Source of the DNA: Octopus vulgaris | Lineage: Eukaryota | Length of the DNA: 64,000 nt | NCBI GenBank assembly: GCA_951406725.2 | Contig: OX597820.1 | Span: 68,324,001-68,388,000 of the forward strand | Reading direction: 5' to 3' | Shown: positions 51,031 to 64,000 of the stretch, piece by piece | Layout of the letters: each line of letters opens with the position of its first letter | Numbering within the stretch: position 1 is the stretch's first letter | Made by a program: the position numbers and the translations under genes | The notes under the pieces: generated by a model | Seen by the model: the letters and a program-made list of their open reading frames with translations, nothing else | Told to the model about the DNA's origin: nothing | The model's database searches: none

Positions 51031-51203
51031 TTATTGTATTATTTTCCCACAAGTACCACCCTAAAGATCTTAAATGGCGCAATCACTTAGATAAACTCCA
51101 TCAGTTATTAATCAGTTATCAGTTATTGTATTTTTTCCCCACAAGTATCACCCCAAAGATCTTTAAATGGCGCATTCACTTAGGTAAACGCCATCAATTA
51201 TCA
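51031..51203. repeat. Diverged tandem duplication, ~92-bp period
   Basis: ttattgtat...cccacaagta(c/t)caccc(t/c)aaagatctt(t)aaatggcgca(a/t)tcacttag occurs twice. Confidence 0.8.
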
Positions 51204-51341
51204 ACCTTCCCAGTAGTTTTCGCTGTGTGAGCGTAGTATACATTCCCATAGGTTTAGCTGTGTGAGTGTCCTGCTGTTTAATCAACTGAAATAAGTTTTT
51301 ATTGTATTAGCGTATGACGTGGTCAAATATACCACAGATAA

Positions 51342-51712
51342 GCGTTACATAAGCCCTTTGCACCTTATAGAATACAGACCATCGACGACTTTTCTCCACT
51401 ACTCTGGATTCGGGGCTGTATTAACCTTCCCGTTTCATACATCCTCTTAATGTATCTCAGAGGGATGGCCCTCCTCTCTCAGGTGTTGTTAGTTTTGAAT
51501 TATCAACGATGCATTTAACTTTGATTTCTTTTCAGGTAGGAATGCTGACTCTACGCAAACCCATTTTTAATTCTTGGAAAAGGTAATCCATATTAATTTG
51601 GTCTCAATCGTTCGACCTGTTTAGCATGTGAGGCCCTCCTAGGAGCTTTCACTCCACTGGCATAGCTTCCAGCGTTAGTGAGACATACAAGTCACCATAA
51701 CGAAACAAGGAT
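51342..51712 (-). mobile_element. Bipartite RTE-derived short element
   Basis: Minus strand ccttgt...gaagctatgccagtggagtgaaagctcctaggagggcctcacatgctaaacaggtc (RTE 5' UTR-like) runs into WRKVVDGLYSIRCKGLM* (RTE C-terminus-like). Confidence 0.5.
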
Positions 51713-52288
51713 TGAATCTTGTGGTGAGTCATGAGTTCCTCTAAGGTAATGCTCAAGTAGAACAACCTGACACAAGTTTGACAAGACTGATACATTGAAT
51801 TACAGGCACAGACAGAAGTGTTCACATAGTTTCCATCTACGGAATTTAACTCATATAACAGCAGTCAAAGCTAAAAAATGTTGATGAGCATGTCATGCAG
51901 AGGGATCGATATTGTTATCTTGTGGTATTGAGGCGAACGTCTTATCCGATCAGTCCTTCGTGCGTCCATAGTATGTCTTATCACATACCCTCGAGATGTT
52001 TCTGAATAGGATTAGATGCAAACAGGCCAGAGAAATATATGCAAAGCGCAAGCGTCTAAATTCTTTAAGGTTTTGTTAAAATATACTCTTTAAAAATTTT
52101 TTATAATATGAGTGTAGACACGGCATGTGGTATCGATTCCAATCCCTTTAGTTGGCACAATTATATGTTTGTGTGTTTTACTATAATCTCAAGTAAATAA
52201 ATCTCGTCGTCCCGTCCTTGCAACTCGGTAAAAAAAACAACACATACATACATACATACATACATACATACATACATACATACATACA

Positions 52289-52350
<62 letters not shown>

Positions 52351-52352
52351 CA

Positions 52353-52569
52353 CGAAGGGATGCTGAAAAGTTCCTAGATTTAATGGTATCGCGAAAGGCC
52401 TGGTTGGAGCCCCATGCATCTTAGTTATTTCATAGGGCTTACACAAACTGAAGGACCGCTGCAATAAGTGTGTTAATCTGAGAGGGGAATACGTCGAATA
52501 AATTCATAGTTAGCTGATCGTCCTGTATTCACTTTTATACAAACCCAGGAACTTTTCGGCAACCACTCG
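52353..52569 (+). mobile_element. Mini-mariner (217 bp)
   Basis: TIRs cgaagggatgctgaaaagttcct / aggaacttttcggcaaccactcg-TA; retains the transposase C-terminus GLHKLKDRCNKCVNLRGEYVE*. Confidence 0.8.
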
Positions 52570-52637
52570 TATACACACACACATACAAGCATACATACAT
52601 GCATACATACATACATACATACACATACACACGCACA

Positions 52638-52682
<45 letters not shown>

Positions 52683-53028
52683 TTATATACACGTGCACCC
52701 TTTAAAGGACACAAAAATGTAAGCCTAAAGACTTAACGAATTTTTTTCCATTTTTTCCCTTTTTCCTTTCCTTTTTCATTCAATATTCCTCTGATAAATT
52801 CTAAATCATTCTAATTATGTTTGTTACATGGAACGAGATAAATGCAAATTTACCTCAAAAATGGCAAACTGAAACAGCTTCAAATGTTATTTTAACTACA
52901 ATTAAACTATGACCATGGTCACTACCAGTGACCATCTTCTAATTGTTAACTGTTGCTCCATTTCTTTTCTTATCTATCTATCAATCAATCAATCTATCTA
53001 TATCTAATATATATATATATATATATAT

Positions 53029-53121
<93 letters not shown>

Positions 53122-53239
53122 CATAGCACACTGTTGGGGTCAGAGGAAACTGGAATATCTTTGATGATGTTTGATCATTCACGCTCAGCTTGAGGTTAAT
53201 TAACAACGATGAAATCCTTATTTGTACTCATACAAATTA

Positions 53240-53312
53240 TATAAGACTGATGAGTGACCAGCCGTGATACTGGGCAACAACGGGTAAAATCTCGAAAAAT
53301 ATGTATAAACTA
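53240..53312 (+). ncRNA. Degenerate hammerhead-like motif
   Basis: CTGATGA-g...ccag ccgtgata ctgg...ctc-GAAA-aatatg-TA between (TA)n tracts; stem I is not convincing. Confidence 0.3.
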
Positions 53313-53998
53313 TTATTATTTATCGACAAATTTTTGAGTTTATCGTGCGTATGGATATATGTATATATACACGTATGTATGTATGTATGTATGTATGTAT
53401 GTATGTATGTATGTATGTATGTATGTATGTATGTGTGTATGTATGTATGTATGTATATATATATATATATATTCATATTTATATATACACTCTTTTCTTT
53501 TCGTATAGTCATTGTTTTTTAACACTCATTGTGCTTTACGCTCAAATTTTCAGAATTTTTATTGACTTTTTGTATGTTATATTTTATCACTTCTGTATTT
53601 TTTTATGCACCTGATGGGGACCATACATTTTTCATTTTCTTCTTATTAATTAATGACAACCATTTAAAGATGCCTTAATTACTGACATCTTATATGCTGT
53701 TTTAAAACATTCAGTAATTAATGTAATTTTATCTATTGCCAAAGACCATTTCACTAATTACAATTTTTGTTGTCGTCGTCGTCGTAGTCAGAATCGTCAA
53801 CATCGCCATCGCCATCACCGCTATCGTTTATATTATATTCTTGTTATTGTTGCTGCTAAGTTTTCAGCTAAAACTATTTAATTGTTATTTCATATTCTGC
53901 CTAGAAACATTAGAATAGTTTAATAAATATTGGTGTTTAATTGCTTTGTGTATGTGTGTGCTAGGTTTGTTGTTTCTTCTTCTGTTCATGTTGACGTG

Positions 53999-54048
<50 letters not shown>

Positions 54049-55209
54049 CATTATTATTATTATTATTTAGCATCTTATTTCTATTATTATTGTTATCATT
54101 ATTATCATTATTATTATTAATATTAGTAGTAGTGGCGTGTAGTCGGTCTTGTTTCAGCTGTTTGTTTTTACATTTTTGTATACTATGAATGTAGTTCCTT
54201 GTTATTTGTTGTTACATTTGCTTTTGTATCTTTCAATGTTGTAACTGATTCAAATTTTAGCGGTTTCTTCTTCTTCTTCTTGTCAGAAACGTTAGAACGC
54301 TACAATAATCCGTTACGATATATAGTTACGTCCATCTACAATCTGAAATCCTCAAAATGCCGAGGTACTCGTTTGTATTTCCAGTAATCCGATGGTGACC
54401 AAATATATACCATTAATATACCAAAGGCAATTAAATACTGAACTGGAAAGGATTAGCAAGGATTAGCTCAGTTTTAATACAATTACATCTTATACAAACT
54501 TACACCAGCATCCTCTATCTTTTAAGATACATTACGAGTCGTAGGCAACAACTGATGGCTTCCGACGTTAAAAGTCCGCCAAATTATTATCGTAAGAATA
54601 GCAACTTTATACTAGCTTTAGGCCTTTAACTGAAAATTAATGTATTTGATTGTAGTGTATCGATAGTTCGCTTTCACCTTGTCACTTGATACGCACTGGA
54701 GAAAATACCATAGTTTTAATGTATACTGATTACATGTGTATGATTTTCTTATACGCACTAGTACATGATATAGTACTGATCTAAAAGGTTTACTAAACTA
54801 ATGTTAAAATCTGAACTCAGTGTTGGAAATAAGAATATAGCTAGAAATAGAATAACTTTACTAATCACTCGCCTCATGAATAATAGCAAGTTTCTGAGAA
54901 TAATATGTTAGAAGTAATGTAAACTGAAGGACTGGGATGTACAAACACTCGAAATTTAATCACTTATAATCTACTAATATGCACACATACATCTATACAC
55001 AAACACTCTCTCCCTCGATGGAACTTTTTACGTTGAGGCATATTAGAATGTAACGTTTTGAGGAAATTCGTGCACTCAAGCTACAAAAGTGATTAGCATA
55101 TTCATGTTAGAACCTGTTGAAAAATATTAAGATTGAATATACAACCCATCAAAAGGAAGACTCATTTGCATAATAATAGAACACGTAAAAATTACAACCC
55201 TCACGCATA

Positions 55210-55253
<44 letters not shown>

Positions 55254-56519
55254 TTACACACACACACACGTCCATTTTTGATAGTGTCATAGTATCGTGG
55301 TATCATTTATATTTTATCGTATTTTTACTGTTTCCAGTTATTTTATCGCTCTCAATCCCTCTTCCTTTAGTTCACTTTGCCTCTAATTTATACATCATTG
55401 TAGCCTCCACACACACACACACATACTATGATACTATGGCAATGGAAAATGGGGAAACAACTATTCGTCCAGTATTCTTTCCGGCTGGACTGAGACACAT
55501 TGACCTCTCTTTGAAAGCCAACAATAGTAAAAAAGTCCAGGACTAAAGGCAGAAATATAAGAAAAAATTTATTTATACAAAAAGATAGAAAGTCTTTTTT
55601 TTACTTATGCGAGAGATTGTTTCTGCAGGGGCTTTGACGTGATGGATAAATACAACGAAAAGAACTAAAGAAATTTATAGCATCAGTAACTAGTACAAAA
55701 AATTATAAAACAATGAATTAACATGAATTACACACTATGCAATTTGCATAAATTAGCAACAGTGCATAGAAGACCCAGCTGCTCAGCTCGTATCTACAGG
55801 CATGATTAGTTAAATAGCTATATCTTTTAAGAAATATCCACGTCCTATTTAGAATGAGTGAATTAGAAATATATTTTGTTTTAAAGCTAAACCATAATTT
55901 AGAAACACACGCATCGAATTTAATTCGAATTTAATGCGGTGCTATTGTATACATGATTAGAAACAAATCATTTGATGTCTATTGGAGTTTAAACAGATCT
56001 AAACGTAATGTAGATGTAAATAATTGAAAAATGATTATGTTAATTGTACAAGTCAGGTGAAGTAAACATCAGACATGCTTTGCACCATGGAAAAACTGCA
56101 GGGTGTACTCACAGTTAAAACAAGCTCTGCTGAATCAATCGCTGTGTCGGAAACCCTTCCGTGTCATATGCATATATCTCGGGGTCACAATTATTTCTCA
56201 CCTTAACTTGTACTTTTCACCTTGTGTAAGGCTGCGAAGGCTGAATTAGAGTTCGACTGTGGAAGACTCCCACCTGCGATCTCTTGTCAAAGACAGGCAC
56301 ATGGATCTGGTTTCAGTTGGCAGCAACATCTCCATCAGAGGTTTAGATATTTAGCTGAAAATTAACGTATTTGACAATTATATAGGGATTGGTCGCTTTC
56401 ATCTTTTCATTTGATAATCACGGGAGAAAATATGATAGATATGATGTGTGTCAATTACATGTCTACGCTTTCCTTACGCTTGTGCATTGTAACATGAAAT
56501 GAATGCAAATTCTTTAGCA

Positions 56520-56940
56520 CGGCTCTGCTGTTAAGATCTTATTTTCTAGTCACATGGTTTCAGGCTCAGGTTCACTGCGCGGGCACCTTAGTCAAGTGTC
56601 CTCTACAATACCACCTGACCATTCGCTGCCTTGTGTGTGAATTTGGTAGACGGAAACTGTGTGGAAGCTCATCGCATATATATTTAAGATGCGTGTGTGT
56701 TTGTGTGTTTGCGTGTGTGTGTGCGTACGACGTGCGTGCGTGATTTGTTCTCTATCACCGCTTGGTATCCTCTGCTGGTTTGTTTACCTCCCAATAATAA
56801 GTGGTTCGACAAAATAGAACAATATTATTGGTACTAGAATTAGAAATGAGTATAGGTTCGGTTTGTTCGATTAAAACTTTGATGGCGGTTTCCCAGCATA
56901 GCTAATTCCAATGACTGAAACATGCAAAAGATGTAAAAAA
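56520..56940 (+). mobile_element. Degenerate SINE family A
   Basis: gccttgtgtgtgaatttggtagacggaaactg...ccagcatagctaattccaatgactgaaaca. Confidence 0.65.
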
Positions 56941-57904
56941 AAAATGAGGTAACAACTCTTATGAAACTAAGCCAATTAGATTCAAGACAGATTCTATAGA
57001 ATACAAGTATTTTCAATAATATAACTCGCAAAGTGCAAATTCTACACGGAGCACATTTTCTAAACTTTCACCCACTTATACTACATCAGTTTTCACAAGA
57101 AAGAAGAGTAACCCAACAATAAACAAAACAAAATTAATCTCACAATGAAGCAAATTAGTTGTACTGTCTATTCGCCAAAAGATGATACCACGTACGCAAT
57201 AAAGAGAAACACCTGTCGGTAAGGTGAAAAACTCACATGAACCTACTAAATGAAACCAGCACAATAATAATAGCGATAGTAACAAAAATTAAATCGATAA
57301 TGTTTTACGGGTTTTTGTTGATTATTTTCCACTTAACACAGATAATATTTATAACATTGCTGCTTTTTCTGTATTTTGTGAATATATATGGTGTTGGTTT
57401 ATTGAATAAAGATAGGTGAAATATATAGACACTGTGAGGTTAATGTATTTTTAGTATATATAAAAGTGCAGTGTAACAGTTGTAATACAATGTAGTTAGT
57501 TACACAAAGTAGTAAAGTGGAATGTTTTATTTTCAGAAATTTTGTTCCATGCCGTTATGTGTTACACAATATATACAAAAAGAAGCATTAAAAACATAAG
57601 AAAACAATATTTTATTAACAATTAAAGATAATTCACTACTTGTTCCATTCTTTCTTCGTATGTCGAACTTATATAATATCATATAAAATTAATTTAAAGG
57701 AAGATTGATAATAATCTTGCTTCATTTGTTATTTTCCTAGTTATTAAACAAATTGTAACAGTACTTTAATGTCTCCCATATAACAATAGAAATAAAAATT
57801 TCATTTAATTTCCCAATTGGTTAATTTGAGAAAATAAAAGATTTATTTCTAATTTATCACATTAAAGTTACCTTTTGTATTTCATGAAAACTCTCAGCTT
57901 ATTT

Positions 57905-58215
57905 TGCTGATATGATGGAACATGTCAGCTCCTCACAGCCACCTTACTGACACTTGTTTGCTAATCATGCTTCAAGAACCCTGCAGAGAGCTCTTGTAGT
58001 TCCAAACAATGGTGATTTTTGTAGGTGTTCTATCTTTACATTTGAGCCACATTGGTAGTCGGGTGCTGAAACGTCCAAGCGCGCCAATCACTATCGGTAT
58101 CTTGTTTACCCTCTTCATTGCCCACAATCTGCGTATTTCCCAATTCAATACATCGTAGTTGTTCACTTTTTCTCTTTCAAGTCTATCCTGTTTCTACTAG
58201 GAGATGCTATGTCAA
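57905..58215 (-). mobile_element. R4/Dong-like 3' fragment
   Basis: NNYDVLNWEIRRLWAMKRVNKIPIVIGALG; same family as 39420-40225. Confidence 0.75.
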
Positions 58216-58394
58216 TTATCAGGCATGTTTTTTTCCCGTTCATTATCTGTAGGTTTTTTCTCTTCCGTTCATTACCAGACATATTTTAATCTTTTCTGTT
58301 CTCACCTTTATCATAATTATTGTTATTTCTCTTTATCACATGTTTTGTTGGAGCTCCTGGAATCTTGCATGCGTAGCGGCTTGCGACTTGCAGA

Positions 58395-58978
58395 CTACGG
58401 TTTCATGCTATCCGTTCTTTTCAATTATCGAACACTTCCCTGATTGTTGGCCGTGCCAAGGGAGAAACAAAACTTTTGTAACACTTCATCTGGCACTCTA
58501 TTCCAATTTCCTTTATATTCCTCTTGATGCCTTCTGATACTGTCCCCAAGGACCCAACAATAATTGGCATTATCTTCACCCTTTTCATTTTCTATAACCG
58601 GGCTATTTCGTACTTAAAAGGTTTGTATTTATCTATCTTTTCACCTTTCTTCTTGATTATTCGTGTATCAAATGGGCATACACCATCAATAATGTAGCAC
58701 ATGTGGTACACCTTGTCCACCACCACTAAATCCAGTATGTTATCCTCTAGCACCTTATCTGTTTGGATAGGGAAATCCCAGAGGATTTTGCTAGTCTTCG
58801 ACTCCGCCACTCTCTGCAGTTTGTGCTCATACCAAATTTTGCCTTAGCCCCTACTTTCCACAGTTTCCAATGTAACACTGATCGTGTACTTGTAGTGGTT
58901 TTGGGCAAGTCTAGGGCATTCGATCGTGATGTGGGCAATGGTTTCGTCTACTCTATTGCAGATGCGGCTCAGCAGTGA
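58395..58978 (-). mobile_element. R4/Dong-like 3' fragment
   Basis: RICNRVDETIAHITIECPRLAQNHYK...ILWDFPIQTDKV...DLVVVDK...CYIIDGVCPFD...EKIDKY; abuts (ATT)n. Confidence 0.85.
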
Positions 58979-58983
58979 CATTT

Positions 58984-59020
<37 letters not shown>

Positions 59021-59039
59021 CATCTCATATACACACAAC

Positions 59040-60100
59040 AGATTGAGCTGTTGGAGAAGAAAAATCCAAACATCGGGCTACAACAAGTAACTTTAGCTGT
59101 CCAGAACCCTCCTAAGTATTCTAGTTGCCCCTAATAATATTTTTCTGGTGCTGTAATACAATAGGATTTATGCCTATTTCCTCTATCCACCGGTCCAAAC
59201 CTTTAAGAATAGTTACTAATACGCCTATAACTACAGGATACATTTTATCCGCACTTTCTGTAGCCCATAGGCTAGGTCCTGGTACTTTGATATTTGTTCT
59301 ATACTTCTCATATTGATTTTCTCATCATTTGGGACTGAAAAGTCAATTATCCGGCACTTTTCACTTTGTCTACTACAACACTAAATCAGGCCTTCTAGAT
59401 TCTATTACTCTGTCCGTGTGAATGTAAAAGTCCTATAACATCTCATATTTCTTACTTTCTAGTAATTTACTAGTTTCATGTTCAGAGTATTTATCATATG
59501 TAGTCAAATCCTAGCTTTCTACATAAGACCTAGTGGATTATTCTCCCAAGGTTGCCAAATTTTTCCTTGTATTCCTTGTGTGCCAATATGCTACATTCAC
59601 TTACTCTATGAGTAACATTTTCCTCTTTTGATTTACATAACCTACACTGGGAACCTACCTTGTTTTTGCCTGTCTTGGCTTTTAATAAATTAGTCTTCAG
59701 CGCTTGATCTTGTGCTAGTGCTAAGAAACATTCCTCTCCCTTTTGAGCCTTACTTTCTGCAAACGTTAATACCATGTCTCACTATTACTATTTCCTGTAA
59801 CTATCTTTGCGAATCTGCCATGCAAAGCCCTCTCTTACCAATCTAATACTCTTATTTTTTCTGGTTTTAACTTTATTTGGCTCTTTGATTTCCCTATGTC
59901 TGGCTGTGACTTTAGCAGCCCTTCATAAACTTTCTCCACTATTACCTACATAAGAGGCTATATCTACTCTAGCTAACTCTATAGTCTTCTAGATATCAAC
60001 CCTCTTCTGCCTTCCTTTGTAGTTAAGTATAATCTCGCTGCTCCTGCTCTTGGTTGAAGTCCTCCATTCATATTGAATTTCTTCCTAGTTCTGGCTAGAT
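59040..60100 (-). mobile_element. R4/Dong-like fragment (post-RT region, CCHC knuckle, RLE)
   Basis: LAQDQALKTN...CRLCKSKEENVTHRVSECSILAHKEYK...GRIIH. Confidence 0.8.
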
Positions 60101-60164
60101 TTGCTAATGCATGTATGTATGTATGTATCTATTTATCTATCTACACCCTCCACACACACATGTG

Positions 60165-60333
60165 AGAAATAACACGAATGGCAATTGAGAAAAAAATTAC
60201 ATTATAATCTTCAGTAGCTTACAGATGTTTCTGCTATAGCTGAATGCTTGTGTATCACCTTATGATAGAAACAGTTGTATGATAATGAAGTTCATTACAT
60301 AATTTCTTACTGAATTGCCATTTATGTAATTTC
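60165..60333. repeat. Old foldback remnant (~68-bp diverged arms)
   Basis: agaaataacacgaatggcaattgag...tacagatgtttct versus agaaacagttgta...gaattgccatttatgtaatttct; contains GAAACAGTTGTA, resembling a hammerhead 3' half. Confidence 0.5.
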
Positions 60334-60379
60334 TTTATTTCATTCTCTACTCGATTGATAGTTTCTTCTGAGGCATATA

Positions 60380-60946
60380 TTGGGTTGTCCGGAAAGTTCG
60401 TGCCGATTTATAGTAGCTTAAATTTCGACTTATTTTAGGACATGATTGAGTCCATGAAATAGGATTTGACTACATCTCCATTTAGAGCACAATTTAAGCT
60501 ATCTTTTCGTGGCAGAAGGTTTATGTTCTTATAACCTGTGTTAATTCTGTAACCCTTTAAAATGGAAGATAAGAAAGTTCATTTTCAGCACTTGATGCTT
60601 TGGGAACAAGACAAAAATTGCTGCAGCTCGGCTGGGATGTGTTACATCACCCTCCATATTCACCTGATATTGCTCCTTCGGATTTCCACTTATTCAGGTC
60701 TTTGTAGAATAGTCTTAATGGTAAAAAATTTCAATTCCTTCGATGACATAAAAAGATACCTTGCTAAATTCTTTGCCATGAAACTACCTCACTTCTGCAA
60801 AGAGGATATTTTCAAGTTAAAGGAAAGATGGAGTCGCATTGAGCAACAAAATGGTTCATATTTGGTTGATTAAAAATGTAATGGCAAATATTTATTGGCC
60901 CTTTTCTTTCCTTTAAAAATCGGCACGAACCTTCCGGACAACCCAA
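60380..60946 (+). mobile_element. Internally deleted non-autonomous mariner (567 bp), same family as 28267-28832
   Basis: TA-ttgggttgtccggaaagttcgtgccgattt...aaatcggcacgaaccttccggacaacccaa-TA; HPPYSPDIAPSDFHLFRSL; same deletion junction. Confidence 0.93.
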
Positions 60947-63287
60947 TATATTGAGCGTAATATTAGGTTATTAGTATCGCCATGCCTAAGAAAAAATTTA
61001 AAATACATATAAATATAAATATATGCTTACACACACACGCACACTGACATACATACACCCCCCACATGTATATGTACACATCCTATGTTGAATATTTTAT
61101 AAATATATATATATCTATACATATTAAATTGTATTATGTTAAAAACACACACACACAGCCATAATATTAAGCTTAACTTGAACCATCTTCTGAATTGCTT
61201 GGATGCAACAATTCTGAGTAAATCAACATCCCCGAAACAATTCAAGATTGCCAGCATCTTTTCGAAGAAATTCATCCAAAATATAGTTAATCCATTGAAT
61301 GTATTTATTTTAGGTATTAATAAAATCTGTAAAAGACCGGGCACTGCTGCCCGTTCATTATTAAAACAGCAGTTTAATTTCCTGTTTTGCTTTTGTCAGT
61401 GTGCAATTAATTATGTGTGGACTCTCAGTAATTTTCTGTTTACACATCGTCAAATAAGTTTGAATATATTCATTCTCGTCATTCACTCAATCACAATTGA
61501 TATGAAATTGCACCTAGCTTCATTTTTCTAATTAACCATTGATTAACAAAAGCAGTGAAAGTCTGCGAAGGCAAAATCCCTATAAAATCTGCGAAAATTT
61601 AAAAAATCATTTCGATGAATGTTAACATACTAAAATAAAGGGGCAGAATTAACTTATTGTTATTTTTATTGTTGTTCAGGTTTTATCATGCGACTTTCGT
61701 TTATTGATTGTTATTTCTATTGCAAGGGAAATAATCGCCTTGCAAGAAGTCAATATTATTTTATTGTTTTTGTGAAGCTTTGGTTATCGTCATTTAAAAT
61801 AATCTTATGACACGAACGTAGCTGATCAAAACATTCTAACAGTGTTCTAATCTTACTTTTATATTGATATATCCAGGAAGAATAATACTTAATAAAGTAT
61901 ATAGTTGCTCTGAGTCGGTTGTTGTTTGTGTAATTAACGAGAGCTATGCCTAGAGTTGTAGTGTTAAAATCAATACCTTCTGAAATGTACACGAATAAAA
62001 TGGTTCAACTTTTTCACGATACCTGCATAGGAACTAAATATCCTTTGTCACCATTAGAGATTGATCTGCTATGAAGCCCAACGCCAGGTAACGAAAACTG
62101 GCTGAGTTATTACAGCATGTGTCTAATATCTTTGCTTGCGTGCCATAGAGGAAGAATGTGGCATTGCTGAATTTGTAACACGAATTTGCTTTTAATTTTA
62201 CGTTTAACTTGAGAGGGGAAGCATTAATGAGCATTTATTTTACCAGGGCTCCAAGACATTTGAGATGAAGGGTAGAATTTATCCTAAAACTGTTTTTTTT
62301 TTACCGAGATCTTAGCCTAAACAAGCTCTGTTGAAGCCGCTCTAGGACAGGGAGGTAGTGTGAAACTAGAGAAAGAATTATGATGATTCAAGAACTCAAT
62401 ACAGTGAACCTGGGCAAATATTTCAAATGTTTTGTCCGAACTCTAATAACTTTGCCAATCCATGTCCCTGGACTAGTACTTTCGAACTCAGAAAGATATT
62501 ATGGTAAGTGAATCGCGGCGGAATTTGAATTCAGAAAGCAGAGATCTGGAGCGAATACCGCAAGGTAATCTGTCCTAAATTCTTAAGATACCACCAAATT
62601 GCAGAATAATAATTATTTTTGATAATTTATTTTATGATGAACAGCAATAATTAAGTTTGTTTCTATTGTTAGGGTTAGCAGAGACTTCATGACAATTTTG
62701 ACGCAGGAAATAGATCCTTAACTCTTATGAATATTGATAGTATAAATTAAACATGATGAGATTCGTCATCTTTCTTTAGCTATGTATAAATGTTTTATGT
62801 AACATTTACAGTTTTGTGAAATATTTTCTTGATTATTGCATACCAACATATATTAATAGTAGGCATGGATATGTGGTTCCGAGTAATTCAAGCGAACTAC
62901 AATACTCTCCTATATCTACACCTGAGCCAGGTCGAGTTCGCAACCGCAAGGGAGTTGACCAAGCTATCTGAGAAACGTGCTAAAATCGGATGCCAAATAA
63001 ACTTTCTTTGTATTATAGTGCATTGTTGTACCATTCAAAAACTTTTTATTCTTTATCAACAAGTAATTTTTGTTTATATGTGTATGTGGAGATTTCTATG
63101 TCATGTTCTCTGTATGTATTCTCATGCATATTGTTGCATGTGTAGACATGCTCATATATACTTAAATGATAAGCTTCGGGAAACAGATTTTTACAGCCTC
63201 AGGTATATATGCATATATGTATGTATGTACGTATGTATGAATGTATGTCTGTATGTATGAATGTATATATACAAACAAACAATCACA

Positions 63288-63363
<76 letters not shown>

Positions 63364-63733
63364 CACACGTATATATAAGCAAACGCATACATACATTATG
63401 TGTGATTATTTTCGTGTCGGTATTTATGCTTCTTTATGTAGCTTTTAGCAATGAAGTTGCATATTTCGTGTTCCTTTTGATGGCATGAATTTCGATTGAA
63501 TTGCTGGACTGAAATGCTTCTTAGGTTCCTTATTATTGAAGGCAGTGACTCAGCATGATTAGTTACCTAAAATAAATAAAATAGAAATGAAAATAGAAAT
63601 TTTCTCGCTTGCATCTAAGCCCGTCTTTGATGTGCAAAATAGCTTACGCTCGTTTTACTCTTGTCTTATCTTTTATAACGTACCGTTATTATCTATTGAG
63701 TACTTTCATTTAACTTACTGTAGGTGATATTCT

Positions 63734-63964
63734 GTGGAGGCGCGTGGCTTAGTGGTTAGGGAGTCAGCATCATGATCGTAAGATTGTGGTTTCGATTCCT
63801 GGACCGAGAGACGCGTTGTGTTCTTGAGCAAAACACATCATTTCACGTTGCTCCAATCCACTCAGCTGGAAAAATGAGTAACGCTGCGATGAACTGGCGT
63901 CCCGTTCGGTTGGGGAACACATACGCCATTGAAACAGGGAATCCGGGCGCATTTATTTTATCTT
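63734..63964 (+). mobile_element. tRNA-derived SINE family C/D with TSD
   Basis: ggaggcgcgtggcttagtggttagg (A box), ggtttcgattcc (B box), gctgcgatgaactggcgtcccgt core. 13-bp TSD taggtgatattct at 63721-63733 and 63965-63977. Confidence 0.9.
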
Positions 63965-64000
63965 TAGGTGATATTCTAATGTTTGTAATTTTACGTTTAG

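Noticed and set aside
61027-63260. 100-143 aa ORFs (61027-61344, 61136-61531, 62829-63260)
   Set aside because: Composition typical of AT-rich non-coding DNA, partly microsatellite, with no motifs.

Overview
AT-rich, microsatellite-saturated eukaryotic non-coding DNA. The SINE families, mariners and (TA)/(CA)/(AAT) tracts look like an Octopus (coleoid cephalopod) genome; this is an inference from recalled repeat families. No intact host protein-coding gene, rRNA, true tRNA gene or CRISPR array is supported, and nearly all ORF-track entries are microsatellite artefacts. The window is a mosaic of tRNA-derived SINEs, internally deleted mariner transposons, R4/Dong-like and RTE LINE fragments, and palindromic Penelope-type remnants inserted in (TA)n. 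The main discovery is at 40966-42044: a 490-bp unit repeated in tandem with a 175-bp inverted tail. Each copy carries a complete type I hammerhead ribozyme on the minus strand, so this is a candidate retrozyme able to release a 490-nt, highly structured, circularisable RNA. About 500 bp downstream is a near-perfect 334-bp palindrome with two intact minimal hammerheads. A degraded reading frame at 37052-37839 carries motifs reminiscent of a negative-strand RNA virus L protein (candidate endogenous viral element). All calls were made by eye, and boundaries of degenerate repeats are approximate.
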